Assembly: GCA_002269645.1 (NCBI GenBank)
Contig: NIVC01000805.1
Span: forward strand, 35,258 to 99,257
Reading direction: 5' to 3'
Length of the DNA: 64,000 nt
Source: Macrostomum lignano
Taxonomy: Eukaryota
The notes beneath the pieces are model-generated. The model was not told the origin of the DNA and made no database searches. It saw nothing but the letters and a program-made list of their open reading frames with translations. Position numbers and translations under genes: made by a program. Positions 37,010 to 49,700 of the stretch are shown piece after piece; the first letter of the stretch is position 1; each line of letters begins with the position of its first letter.

Positions 37010-37350
37010 CATGTGGGGTGTGGGAATTGGGGGGGTAAGCATCCAGTGACTTGGGGGATGTGGGGTGTGGGAATTGGGGGGTAAGCATCCAGTGACGCGG
37101 GGGATGTGGGGTGTGGGAATTGGGGGGTAAGCATCCAGTGACTTGGGGGGGGATGTGGAGTGTGGGAATTGGGGGTAAGCATCCAGTGACTTGGGGGGAT
37201 GTGGGGTGTGGGAATTGGGGGTAAGCATCCAGTGACGCGGGTGGGATGTGGGGTGTGGGAAGTGGGGGGTAAGCATCCAGTGACGCGGATGGAATGTGGG
37301 AATTGGGAGGTAAGCATCCAGTGACTTGGGTGGGATGTGGGGTGTGGGGA
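37010..37350. repeat. about 45-bp G-rich minisatellite (ggggtaagcatccagtgac...tgtggggtgtgggaatt)
   Basis: About 7 copies. Confidence 0.9.
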
Positions 37351-37624
37351 ATGGGGTTGGTGTAATTGTTGCAATGTTGCAAATTAATATAAACTTTAAT
37401 AGCAAGTAGAAATTTACATTACGAGCATGGGCTGATACACGTACTCAGTTTGATACGGCAGGCACGCCTCATCAACTGTATAGCCTGGCTCAATTGATTT
37501 CTTCGACCCAACTGAAAGATCGATGGGTGTTTCTTCGGATTCAACTTGAGGTTCGCCTGAACTCGAAGCTCTGAAGCAAATCAAAATTAATTGTTGAGTT
37601 GTGAGTGAGCAGCAGCATAATAAT

Positions 37625-38095
37625 CAGAAATCACGTGATCGATAAGGAGCCACTTTATTAATAAGAAACCACGGGACCAAAAAGAATTCCCGTAATCAAC
37701 AAGGAGCCATGTGATCGATAAGAAACCACCACGTGATCGATAAGAAACCACCACGTGATCGATAAGAAACCACGTGATCAGAAAGAAATCACGCAATTAA
37801 TAAGAAATCACGTGATCAATAAGAAATCACGTGATCAATAAGAAACCACGTGATTAATAGAAAACTACGTGATCAATAAAAGATCTCCACGTGATCAACA
37901 AGAAACCACGTGATCAATAAGAAATCACGCAATTAATAAGAAATCACGTGATCAATAAGAAATCACGTGATCAATAGGAAATCACGTGATCAATAAGAAA
38001 TCACGTGATCGACAAAAAATCACGTGATCAACAAGAAATCCCGCGATCAACAAGAAACCACGTGATCAATAAGAAATCACGTGATCAATAAGAAG
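37625..38095. repeat. 18-19-bp minisatellite (aagaaatcacgtgatcaat)
   Basis: About 25 copies carrying CACGTG and GATCAATA/GATCGATA. Confidence 0.9.
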
Positions 38096-38116
38096 TGGTA
38101 AATGATGCCAGCCCAC

Positions 38117-38255
38117 CTTAAAAGTCGCTCCTTCACACTGGCATAGTCGGCGCAGTGAGCCAGCTCCAGTTTCAGCTGTCGTATCGTCTCGTCACGCTGG
38201 GCGATCTGACTTCTCAGGCGATCCAACTGTTGTTTCAATTGGTGGTGGATTCTTA
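38117..38255 (-). CDS. cut: Cut/Cux-like exon 2, coiled coil
   Basis: QLKQQLDRLRSQIAQRDETIRQLKLELAHCADYASVKERL resembles the CUX1/CASP coiled-coil block L..QADYEEVKKEL; donor AG|GTGGGC, phase 2. Confidence 0.7.
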
Positions 38256-38609
38256 CTATGAGTCAATATATGGCTGGGTGAAGGGGATAGGGGTCATTTG
38301 AGTACAGTTTTACCTTTAATTGCACGCCCTCTTTCAGTACAAAGACCGCCGTCGTAAGTTGTTCAATCTGAAAGAATTGTAAACTTCCAGTCAAGGTCAA
38401 TGTTAATATTGATTCTGTGCGTTTATTTTCTAAATGAGTCCGCAATATACACTGCACCTGAGCCTTTTGATCGAAATCTGACAGAATTGAAGACTTTGAT
38501 TCCTCCAGTGACATTTTTATTGATTCGCGCGAGTTCTGTGTTTGAAGAAAAATATGAATAACCAAGGCTTATTATAATTATATATAGATGCATATATTAC
38601 CTTTGAATA

Positions 38610-38680
38610 TAGACACCAAGACAGACAAACACTAAGACAGACAGGCAGACAGACAGACAGACAGACAGACACACAGACAC

Positions 38681-38747
<67 letters not shown>

Positions 38748-38788
38748 CATAGACAGACAGACAGACAGACACACAGACAGACAGACAC

Positions 38789-38855
<67 letters not shown>
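38610..38855. repeat. (GACA)n microsatellite
   Basis: Direct reading. Confidence 0.95.
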
Positions 38856-38887
38856 TGCAGGCTGAGAAAAACAGGATATCTGCTTAC

Positions 38888-38906
38888 CTGCCTCTGCAAA
38901 TCTCAT
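38888..38906 (-). CDS. Cut/Cux-like candidate first coding exon (MRFAEA)
   Basis: ATG with an in-frame upstream stop and a strong donor G|GTAAGC in phase 1, matching the next acceptor. Very short, so tentative. Confidence 0.35.
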
Positions 38907-41589
38907 GCAGCTTAATTAGAATCCTGATGCTAGCTTTGAAGATATCAGTCGAGAACAATTAAAAGTTATTCCTATTTTTGTTACCTCCAGCTTGCCAATG
39001 AAAGCCATGCACGGCTGCCCGGGCAGATTTTGGTAAGTAATCAAAGGCGCAGGCAAAACGGCATGTTAAATAAGACGCGATGGCGATACACAGTCCGCAA
39101 ACATGAGAGCTCCCCTGGGAGAGGGAGCCAGCCACATCGCGGATCCGGGGCATTCGCTGCAAAAAGGCCGGGAAACAGGAGACGCCATGGCAGGGGGTGG
39201 GGAAGACATTGGATTTTTAAAAGCCCGCACACAGCAGCGCGCGATCCTTGATTATCTGCTATCGATTTTACCTTTTTCACTTGGCCCCGGCAACATGCAG
39301 GAATTTATTTCTTCCCTCTCGCCACGACCCCCGGACCTCTCCCTCATTTTTGCAGTGTCTTCCAGCCTCCGCTCGCCTGGCCACAGACTTCTGGCAGCGG
39401 CGCCCCCTCAGGCCACTCTGGTGCAGCAGTGTCCGCAGTTTAAAAGTCGTCAAGCAGAGGCTTGCATACTGTATTTCCATTAGAGCTCGAGAGATCGAGG
39501 CCCTCTCTCGTAACATTTGCATTCTGCTTTTCATCTTTAAATCCTGGATACAGGATACGTAGCGGTGTGAATCAGTGATGACGTACCAAGCACTTGCTTG
39601 TGTAACAGGACGTAAATCGCAAATATAGTGTATGTTTAGGAGGCCAATTTCTGGAAAAATGCACTTTCCGACTTCATTACATTTGATCTGGGGCAGTGAA
39701 TATATATATATATATACATTACCATTCTTTTAATTTAGCATGCCCTGAAAGTTACTCTGTTGTACTGTATTTTGCTGTGCAGTGATCATTTTATATTGTT
39801 TTCTTAATTTGTATCTAGATAATTCGTAAGCCTGAATTTGTATGCGCTGAGTATGCATGTATGTCTCAATCAATAATGGCTTAAGAGTAACTGCATGCAA
39901 CATTTTTATTGCAAATATACTTGATTCTTGTATTTTTACAACTTTGGGCTTATGAAATAAAAGTACATGTACTATGATAATGAAACTCTACACAGCTATA
40001 TAACAGAGTAACATGCTGTGCATGCTAACTTAAAAGAATGGTAAGCTGCACTGCCCCAGTCATTGATTTTGTGATTGATGTAAAATGATTTTTCCTATCT
40101 CCGCAGTGTATTTTTCTAGGAAATCGGCCTTCAAAAAAATTACACGATCTTTGAGTGTAGCGTCGTGACATATGTGCTAGTGGTCCTTGGCACGTTTTTA
40201 AGAGCAGACTGCCACTCGTATCAAATCCTGACTGTTGGCAATTCGAATTAATTAACTATTCTGCTGGTTTAACAATTTCCCATTGGCGCCAGTGTATTTC
40301 AATACACCCTTGTGCGCCAATCAGCACCTTGCGTTTCAGTGCTGCCTTGTCAAGCCTCTGGACCTGGAAGCTTTTGGACCTTCAACAGGTGGCACCAGGG
40401 TGACACAAGGGGATAGAGGTCCTTCAACGGGTGACACAAGAGGCAACCAATCGAGCTTAGTGCCTAACTTACATATTATTTATGAAGCATCAAATTCATA
40501 TAAGAAAGTAACAAAGAAGAAATTAAAGAAGATTTGTCGTCTGTATAAAAGTTGAAATGAAATATTAATAAAATACGCGTTTGCAACGACTGTGCAATTG
40601 TTGTGAGCCGGACAGAGAAAAGTAACAATTTAATTAAAATTTATTTAAGTAACACAACGAGATTTTCAGCCAGCAGTGACAGAACAAGTTTTAAATTTAT
40701 TATTATGTTATTATTTAACAGTTAATTAATTTATTACTATGGCAGAATTTTGATAGAAAATTGATAGTATCGCCTTACAACATAAAGTTGTATTAATATA
40801 CTATAAAATAAAGTTATAAACTTTACTTATTTGCATTTCAGTTGACATAATAATAAGAATTGACTGGCTGACTATGACACAATATTAATCAATAGCCTGA
40901 TAAATAGAGACACACAACAGCGATATTTCAAACGGATATGCGTCGCTACAATATATAGAAAAAGCAGCGCCTATACTAAATAACTACTAATAGTAGCTAA
41001 ATCAACTACTAAATTAGCAGTTTTTTGCAGTCATTTTGTCAATATTAAAAAAACACAGTCAGTTTTGATTTATTTGCATTCGGTGCGGTTCAAATAATAA
41101 GCATTACGGCTACATATTATTACTATTATATTTATATAAAGCAAAAAAATAAATGTACAATAGTTACTGAAGTCAAATTATTTATTTATTGCTTGGAAAA
41201 AAGGCATTGGTCTATTATTTGAGTGTGTGTGACAGGAAAGAAATGCACAATACGATTAATATGAATATGCATTAACCTTTTCGTTTTAGTTTTAACAGTA
41301 CATGCAAATTCACAAACAAAGAACACAAGACAGATTACTTAGTTGTAAGTAGTACAGTTGGAATTGCTGTCAAGAATAATTACAAGACAAAATTTAAATT
41401 ATTAGCCGACGAAATGGACGAGGGAAGGAACAAAATTTTAACAAAATTACATAAAGATAATTATTCAATTAACTGCTTGAATTCCATTTTCGAAAGTAAA
41501 ATGGGCTGCACTTGTCGCCACACTTCTGATAATTAATTACCAACTTTATGACTAAACTTGGTTTATGATTTCTATTATAACTGGAATGT

Positions 41590-42135
41590 ACATAAACTCT
41601 ACCCCCCATATCTTAGAACTGGAACCAATGTACATTGCCTCTCTATCCCCATATCTTAGAACTGGAACCAATGTACATTGCCTCTCTATCCCCATATCTT
41701 AGAACTGGAACCAATGTACATTGCCTCTCTATCCCCATATCTTAGAACTGGAACCAATGTACATTGCCTCTCTATCCCCATATCTTAGAACTGGAACCAA
41801 TGTACATTGCCTCTCTATCCCCATATCTTAGAACTGGAACCAATGTACATTGCCTCTCTATCCCCATAGCTTAGAACTGGAACCAATGTACATTGCCTCT
41901 CTATCCCCATAGATTAGAACTGGAGCCAATGTACATTGCCTTTATCCCCATAGCTTAGAACTGGAACCAATGTACATTGCCTCTCTATCCCCATAGCTTA
42001 GAACTGGAACCAATGTACATTGCCTCTCTATCCCCATAGATTAGAACTGGAGCCAATGTACATTGCCTCTATCCCCATAGCTTAGAACTGGAACCAATGT
42101 ACATTGCCTCTTTATCCCCATAGCTACAACTGGAA
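41590..42135. repeat. 43-bp minisatellite (cttagaactggaaccaatgtacattgcctctctatccccatat)
   Basis: About 12 copies just downstream of the BAZ1B stop. Confidence 0.95.
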
Positions 42136-42306
42136 CCCGTCATTGTTTATTAACTCTTGATCTTCCAAATCTTCCAAAAAGTGCGGCAATGTACCTATTG
42201 CTTTGGTTTGCTCAAAATATACCACAAAAAATTAAAGTACATAAGCCCTATACCTTAGAGTGCCTAGTAATAATATTTAGAACCTATTACAAAGTAAACT
42301 TGGCAA

Positions 42307-43335
42307 TCAAATATAGAAGCTACGCCTCGGATACCGGCCAATCAAATCGTGCTGATTCAGCAATTTCGCCAGCTGCTGCTCCAGCCGGAGAGCGCAGTTC
42401 AATTCCTCGCTATTAGCCGGATTATACTCGGTAGCGTTGCCGAATAGCAGGGCAAAATCTGACATCAGCTGATCGGCATTGGCGTAGCCGCCGCGTTGCT
42501 GTCGCTTGCGCATGTCCAACAGGCACATCGGCTTAGAGACAATCTGATAATAGTCGGGCGCATCCTTGGGATCGACAGGATCAACGAATGGCCAAGCGTC
42601 TTTGTGCCGATAGATTTTATCTAGCAGAGCTTTGCACAGCCTCTGCTGCTGCTCCTGCTGATCTGGCGCTAATCTGGCGCGCTTGCCGGGCGGCTGCTTG
42701 GCGCCGCCGCTGCTGTAGCGAACGCGCTTGCCGCGAACTTTCTCTTCTTCAGCCTCTTGTTCCAGTCGTTGGTCTTCGTCTTCACTATCTGCCGCAGTTT
42801 TCGAAGATCGTTTCGAAATTTTCTGCTTTGAAGAAGCAGCAGCAGCAGAAGTGGAAGCAAGCGAATGACGACGATTGCTGACCGCCGGCTGTTGCTTCTT
42901 CGAGCCGCGCCGATTGCTTTCGGAAGCAACAGAAGAGGCTGACTTCCTGCCGCGCTTAGCCGGCGGAGCAGCGGCTCCAGACCTTTTGCTAGCTTTCTGC
43001 GTCTTCAAACCGGAAGATGTGGAAGATCGCTGCTTTGACCGCGACTTCGCCGCGACGGCTTCTTCCTCAGCATCGTCGCTCCCAGACTCCTCTTCTTCAT
43101 CTTCATCGTCTTGCTGGTCATCAACTTCCATGCCTTCATCGTCGCTGGAGTTGTCTGGCGCAGCTTCTTCTTCTTCGTCATCATCGTCTTCCTCGTCTTC
43201 GAGCTCCTCCTCCTCTTCTGTTTCTTCGTTAGCCTCGTGCTCAACCTCGTTCTCTTCATCTTCCTCATCGGCAGTCTCCGCCTCTTCTTCCTCATCGTTG
43301 TCGAATTCGTCCTCACTGACGGCAGCTTTCTTCGA
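42307..43335 (-). CDS. BAZ1B: BAZ1B-like terminal exon 12, acidic tract and bromodomain
   Basis: AWPFVDPV..DAPDYYQIVSKPMCL..DFALLFGNATEYN bromodomain with the acetyl-lysine Asn retained; acceptor gtttcag|. Confidence 0.95.
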   Translation of the reverse strand, partial: SKKAAVSEDEFDNDEEEEAETADEEDEENEVEHEANEETEEEEELEDEEDDDDEEEEAAPDNSSDDEGMEVDDQQDDEDEEEESGSDDAEEEAVAAKSRSKQRSSTSSGLKTQKASKRSGAAAPPAKRGRKSASSVASESNRRGSKKQQPAVSNRRHSLASTSAAAASSKQKISKRSSKTAADSEDEDQRLEQEAEEEKVRGKRVRYSSGGAKQPPGKRARLAPDQQEQQQRLCKALLDKIYRHKDAWPFVDPVDPKDAPDYYQIVSKPMCLLDMRKRQQRGGYANADQLMSDFALLFGNATEYNPANSEELNCALRLEQQLAKLLNQHDLIGRYPRRSFYI

Positions 43336-43540
43336 CTGAAACGAAGTTTAATAGTGGCGTTGATGACAGTTTTATCCGTTTCTATCGCTGCAGAAATCAA
43401 TGTACTTCTCTCTACCCCCCAATGCAGGAATCAATGTACATTCTCTCCACCCCCCAATGCAGGAATCAATGTACATTCTCTCTGCCTCTTCACTGGAAGC
43501 AATTATGTACTCAATCATTATCTTGGCAGCCTTCACTTAC

Positions 43541-44284
43541 TCTGCTCTGAGACGACCTTTTTCCGTTGACCGCAGCAGATTTCTTAGCAGCTCTTCCAGC
43601 GGATCTAGGCCTGCCCCTTTTGCCGCTGCCACCGTTGCTGCCGGCAGTTTTAGAAACAGATTTACGGTCCTTTCGACAGACGGAACAACGAAATGCCGAC
43701 CTAGTATTAGACCGCAGCGGCGGCTCGTGACAGCCTGCATGGTAGTTCGAGCGGCACTGCACGCACTGGATCAGCGGGGCCCCGGCGTGGGCGGAATGAT
43801 CGCACACCTGACAGCAGGCCCGCTCGTCGTCGTCAGCTCCTATCCGGTCGTCGTCTTCGTCATTGTCAGCATCGTCGTCGACGTCATCTTCGTCGTAGAA
43901 GCCCCTAGATCGACGCTCTCGCCTACGAGATGTCGAGGACTTTTTGCTACCAGTGGAGCTAGCGGCGCCGGCAGGGGCGCAGGCTAGGCAGTACCAATCC
44001 CCGGTTGGCCGCTCAGTCAGGCGCGGTCGCAAACAGTCGGGATGAAATGCTCGATTACATTTTTCGCATAGCAACAAATTTGGCGGATCGCGTCTAACCC
44101 GGCAGACTTGGCATTTGGCATTGGCGGTGCTCTTGTCCCAGTTGACGCTGCTGTCTAACACGGACAGTAGGAAGTTTAGGCGGCCCCAGGTGGTGCAAGC
44201 AGACACGCTGGCCCGCCACTGCTCACAGAATTCCGGATCTTTGAACGCGCCGTAGCGGAACCGATCGAGCACGTGTTTTTCAAC
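43541..44284 (-). CDS. BAZ1B: BAZ1B-like exon 11, PHD finger
   Basis: LDSSVNWDKSTANAKCQVC..LLLCEKCNRAFHPDCLRP..GDWYCLAC, plus a second PHD-like CQVC..CVQCRSNYHAGC..CSVC; phase 0 splice sites. Confidence 0.93.
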
Positions 44285-44344
44285 CTGGAGGTAAATGCGG
44301 GTGGAGAATAGGCATCAGATTAAGTGATGGTCTACAAAAAGAAA

Positions 44345-44640
44345 ACACAGCCAATCAGAGAAGAACAAGATAAGGCAATGGAGCTAGCAGCCAATCAGAG
44401 AAGGGCAAGATAAGGCAGTGGGGCTAGCAGCCAATCAGAGAAGGGCAAGATAAGGCAATGGGGCTAGCAGCCAATCAGAGAAGAACAAGATAAGGCAGAG
44501 GGGCTAGCAGCCAGTCAGAGAAGAACAAGATAAGGCAGTGGGGCTAGCAGCCAATCAGAGAAGGGCAAGATAAGGCAATGGGGCTAGCAGCCAATCAGAG
44601 AAGGGCAAGATAGGGCAGTGGAGCTAGCAGCCAATCAGAG
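44345..44640. repeat. 40-bp minisatellite with AGCCAATCAG and AGATAA
   Basis: 8 copies at an exact 40-bp period. Confidence 0.95.
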
Positions 44641-44660
44641 AAGCGCGAACAGTAGCTCAC

Positions 44661-45174
44661 CAAAAGCATGCAATTAGCCATCTGACTGATGCTAGCGGAA
44701 TCGCACTGATCCAGCATTTTCTTTAGCTTAGCCGGATTTGGCACTCCGCCAAGTCCGCCCTGACTTAGTCCGGCCTCGGTTCTGGCCAACTCTTCAGCAA
44801 AGACAGAACGCAGATTAGCGATAGCCGATAAAGAATCGCCACTAGCGGTTGCTAGGGAAGCTTCCGTGGTCACCTCCGCTGAACGATGCTTAATCTCACG
44901 GCGTAGACGAGCAGAGACGCGATCGACCTCTCGATGGAGAGCAGATTCACGAACTCCGGTTGGCAACAGGGAGGCCAGCAGTTCGTCCAGTTCAGTCTCA
45001 GAGTTCAACTGACGCCAAACATTCGGAGCGGAGTCGTCCTCAGTTGGCCAGGTGAGCTCTTCGCAATCGTCTTCTTGAGCACTGTCCGGCTTTGACGATG
45101 TCGATGGTTTGGCGTCGGTGTTCAATTTGGACGGCGATTGCTGTTGCTGCTTTCGCTGCTTGTCGGGCGACTTG
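44661..45174 (-). CDS. BAZ1B: BAZ1B-like exon 10 (WHIM/WSD region)
   Basis: W.QLNSETELDELLASLLPTGVRESALH is the BAZ-family L..L..LN.RG.RE..L block; splice phases fit. Confidence 0.88.
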
Positions 45175-45227
45175 CTGTAAAATGTTACCAGGTTAAAAAA
45201 CATTGGTACTGATGGATTACTACTCAG

Positions 45228-45440
45228 GTTGATCTTCTAGGGGCGATTCTACAGGGGGTCTAGGGGCGATTCTAGAGGGGGGTCTAGGGGCGATTCTACG
45301 GGGTCTAGGGGCGATTTTAGGGGGTCTAGTGGCGATTTTAGGGGGCTCTAGGGGTGATTCTACAGGGGGTCTAAGGGCGATTCTAGAGAGGGGTCTAGGG
45401 GCGATTCTAGGGGTTCTAAATGCGATTCTAGGGGGTCTAG
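45228..45440. repeat. about 20-23-bp minisatellite (ctaggggcgattctagagggggt)
   Basis: About 10 degenerate copies. Confidence 0.85.
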
Positions 45441-45495
45441 GAATTATATTATAACTAGGATACACAAGACGGGATCTTAGCAGACCAACACTCAC

Positions 45496-45770
45496 CCGGA
45501 CGAAGCTGGGACAGCCTCATCCCCTGACGACCCGCCGGCGGCCCATCCGGTTTCAATCAGCAGCCGGCCAGGTGCGCACCGCAAATGCCAGTAGCGGGCA
45601 TGGCCGCGATCTCGGCCAAGCGGCCGGACACGGGTAGCCGCCCGACTGTCCGACATGGCCCGCTCGTATTCGCGATCGGCCGCGGCGATGGCCGAATCTA
45701 TGCGGGCCCATTCGGTCTCCTGGGCCCGGCGCTGCCGCTCCGCCTTCTCTCGGACTTCCCGTTCGCGAGC
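45496..45770 (-). CDS. BAZ1B: BAZ1B-like exon 9 (RVRPLGRDRGHARYW, WSD/WHIM2)
   Basis: PLG.DR...RYW motif of the BAZ/WSD domain; acceptor cgccag|, donor GG|GTGAGT. Confidence 0.92.
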
Positions 45771-45874
45771 CTGGCGGTTGTAAGTGATGCAACAGTGCAG
45801 GGGCTGAATATTCAGGCAGAGACTGCCATACGGACGGCCAGGCATACGGGTAGATACGGGGAGAGAACAGTAAT

Positions 45875-45973
45875 GACAGACACAGGGACAGACAGACAGA
45901 CACTAAGATAGACACTAAGATAGAAACTAAGACAGACAGACAAACAGACAGACAGACAAACAGAAAGACAGAC

Positions 45974-46038
<65 letters not shown>

Positions 46039-46078
46039 GACAGACAGACAGACAGAGACAGACAAACAGACAGGCAAA
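45875..46078. repeat. (GACA)n microsatellite
   Basis: Direct reading. Confidence 0.9.
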
Positions 46079-46104
46079 CAGAAGAAGCAGTAGCGCACAC
46101 CCAC

Positions 46105-46709
46105 CTGCTCAGCCAGAGCAATCAGCCTGGAGGACATTTTAACCGACGCGGCCACGGGCGGTTTAGCGGAGTCGTCGCCGCCGCCAGCCTTCGACGTGGA
46201 GGCTCCAGTAGAATTGGAGCCGTTGGCGGCGGCAGCCTGCGCTTTTTCAGTCTTCCGTTTCGCTTTCTCGAGTTTCAGTCGATCATTCTTAGCTTTAAGA
46301 GCGGCAACGCGCTTCTTGTGCGCCGCCGTGGCCCGCTGGACGCAATCGTCGATGTAATCCGCGAGCACGTCGGATTTGAGCAGCTTCTCAGTGAGCTGCT
46401 CCAATACGGATAATTTGTCCTCGACAGATAAATCCTGCAGTTCGAAGCGTTCCATTCGTTCTAATAGGCTGGCCAGTTCCGGGGTCAGCTTATCGTCTTC
46501 GTCATCTTCTTTCTCGTCGTCGTTGTCGTCTTCGTCATCTTCGTCGCCGCCGTTGCGACGTCCGTCGTTGTCATCGTCGTTATTGTCAGCATCCGTGTTC
46601 TCAGCGTCGTCATCCTCGTCATCGCGCTTTCGCTTCTTGTCTCGACTTTTTTGCTTGCCGCTGTTGCTTGTGGAAGCGGCGCCGCCGTTAAGCGCCTTCT
46701 CGGCTGCGG
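46105..46709 (-). CDS. BAZ1B: BAZ1B-like exon 8 (WHIM1)
   Basis: LSVEDKLSVLEQLTEKLL WHIM1-type helix; acceptor atcttcag|, donor CAG|GTGGGT. Confidence 0.88.
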
Positions 46710-46799
46710 CTGAAGATCGGGCAGAGGGTAGGCAGGGTAGGCAGGGTAGGGTCGGTTGCAGCGCTACTGTTAGACAGGGATGAGACTAGATATGGATTG

Positions 46800-49700
46800 T
46801 TAACACTTGTAAGACACGGACTGCTAACACCTGTAGGACACGGACTACTAACACCTGTTAGACACGGACTGCTAACACCTGTAGGACACGGACTACTAAC
46901 ACCTGTTAGACAAGGACTACTAACACCTGTTAGACAAGGACTACTATTAACACCTGTTAGAGACAGACTACTAACACCTGTTAGACAAGGACTACTATTA
47001 AACACCTGTTAGAGACAGACTACTAACACCTGTTAGAGACAGACTACTAACACCTGTTAGAGACAGACTACTAACACCTGTTAGAGACAGACTACTAACA
47101 CCTGTTAGAGACAGACTACTAACACCTGTTAGACACTGACTACTATTAACACCTGTTAGAGACAGACTACTAACACCTGTTAGACACTGACTACTATTAA
47201 CACCTGTTAGAGACAGACTACTAACACCTGTTAGACACTGACTACTATTAACACCTGTGAGAGACAGACTACTAACACCTGTTAGACACTGACTACTATT
47301 AACACCTGTTAGAGACAGACTACTAACACCTGTTAGACACTGACTACTATAAACACCTGTTAGAGACAGACTACTAACACCTGTTAGACACTGACTACTA
47401 TTAACACCTGTTAGAGACAGACTACTAACACCTGTTAGACACTGACTACTATAAACACCTGTTAGAGACAGACTACTAACACCTGTTAGACACTGACTAC
47501 TATTAACACCTGTTAGAGACAGACTACTAACACCTGTTAGACACTGACTACTATTAACACCTGTTAGAGACAGACTACTAACACCTGTTAGACACTGACT
47601 ACTATTAACACCTGTGAGAGACAGACTACTAACACCTGTTAGACACTGACTACTATTAACACCTGTTAGAGACAGACTACTAACACCTGTTAGACACTGA
47701 CTACTATTAACACCTGTTAGAGACAGACTACTAACACCTGTTAGACAAGGACTACTATAAACACCTGTTAGAGACAGACTACTAACACCTGTTAGACAAG
47801 GACTACTATAAACACCTGTTAGAGACAGACTACTAACACCTGTTAGACACTGACTACTATTAACACCTGTGAGAGACAGACTACTAACACCTGTTAGACA
47901 CTGACTACTATTAACACCTGTGAGAGACAGACTACTAACACCTGTTAGACACTGACTACTATTAACACCTGTGAGAGACAGACTACTAACACCTGTTAGA
48001 CACTGACTACTATTAACACCTGTTAGAGACAGACTACTAACACCTGTTAGACACTGACTACTATTAACACCTGTGAGAGACAGACTACTAACACCTGTTA
48101 GACACTGACTACTATTAACACCTGTTAGAGACAGACTACTAACACCTGTTAGACACTGACTACTATTAACACCTGTGAGAGACAGACTACTAACACCTGT
48201 TAGACACTGACTACTATTAACACCTGTTAGAGACAGACTACTAACACCTGTTAGACACTGACTACTATTAACACCTGTTAGAGACAGACTACTAACACCT
48301 GTTAGACAAGGACTACTATAAACACCTGTTAGAGACAGACTACTAACACCTGTTAGACAAGGACTACTATAAACACCTGTTAGAGACAGACTACTAACAC
48401 CTGTTAGACACTGACTACTATTAACACCTGTGAGAGACAGACTACTAACACCTGTTAGACACTGACTACTATTAACACCTGTGAGAGACAGACTACTAAC
48501 ACCTGTTAGACACTGACTACTATAAACACCTGTTAGAGACAGACTACTAACACCTGTTAGACACTGACTACTATTAACACCTGTTAGAGACAGACTACTA
48601 ACACCTGTTAGACACTGACTACTATTAACACCTGTTAGAGACAGACTACTAACACCTGTTAGACACTGACTACTATTAACACCTGTTAGAGACAGACTAC
48701 TAACACCTGTTAGACACTGACTACTATTAACACCTGTTAGAGACAGACTACTAACACCTGTTAGACAAGGACTACTATAAACACCTGTTAGAGACAGACT
48801 ACTAACACCTGTTAGACAAGGACTACTATAAACACCTGTTAGAGACAGACTACTAACACCTGTTAGACACTGACTACTATTAACACCTGTGAGAGACAGA
48901 CTACTAACACCTGTTAGACACTGACTACTATTAACACCTGTTAGAGACAGACTACTAACACCTGTTAGACACTGACTACTATTAACACCTGTTAGAGACA
49001 GACTACTAACACCTGTTAGACAAGGACTACTATAAACACCTGTTAGAGACAGACTACTAACACCTGTTAGACAAGGACTACTATAAACACCTGTTAGAGA
49101 CAGACTACTAACACCTGTTAGACACTGACTACTATTAACACCTGTGAGAGACAGACTACTAACACCTGTTAGACACTGACTACTATTAACACCTGTTAGA
49201 GACAGACTACTAACACCTGTTAGACACTGACTACTATTAACACCTGTGAGAGACAGACTACTAACACCTGTTAGACACTGACTACTATTAACACCTGTTA
49301 GAGACAGACTACTAACACCTGTTAGACACTGACTACTATTAACACCTGTGAGAGACAGACTACTAACACCTGTTAGACACTGACTACTATTAACACCTGT
49401 TAGAGACAGACTACTAACACCTGTTAGACACTGACTACTATTAACACCTGTGAGAGACAGACTACTAACACCTGTTAGACACTGACTACTATTAACACCT
49501 GTTAGAGACAGACTACTAACACCTGTTAGACACTGACTACTATTAACACCTGTTAGAGACAGACTACTAACACCTGTTAGACAAGGACTACTATAAACAC
49601 CTGTTAGAGACAGACTACTAACACCTGTTAGACAAGGACTACTATAAACACCTGTTAGAGACAGACTACTAACACCTGTTAGACACTGACTACTATTAAC

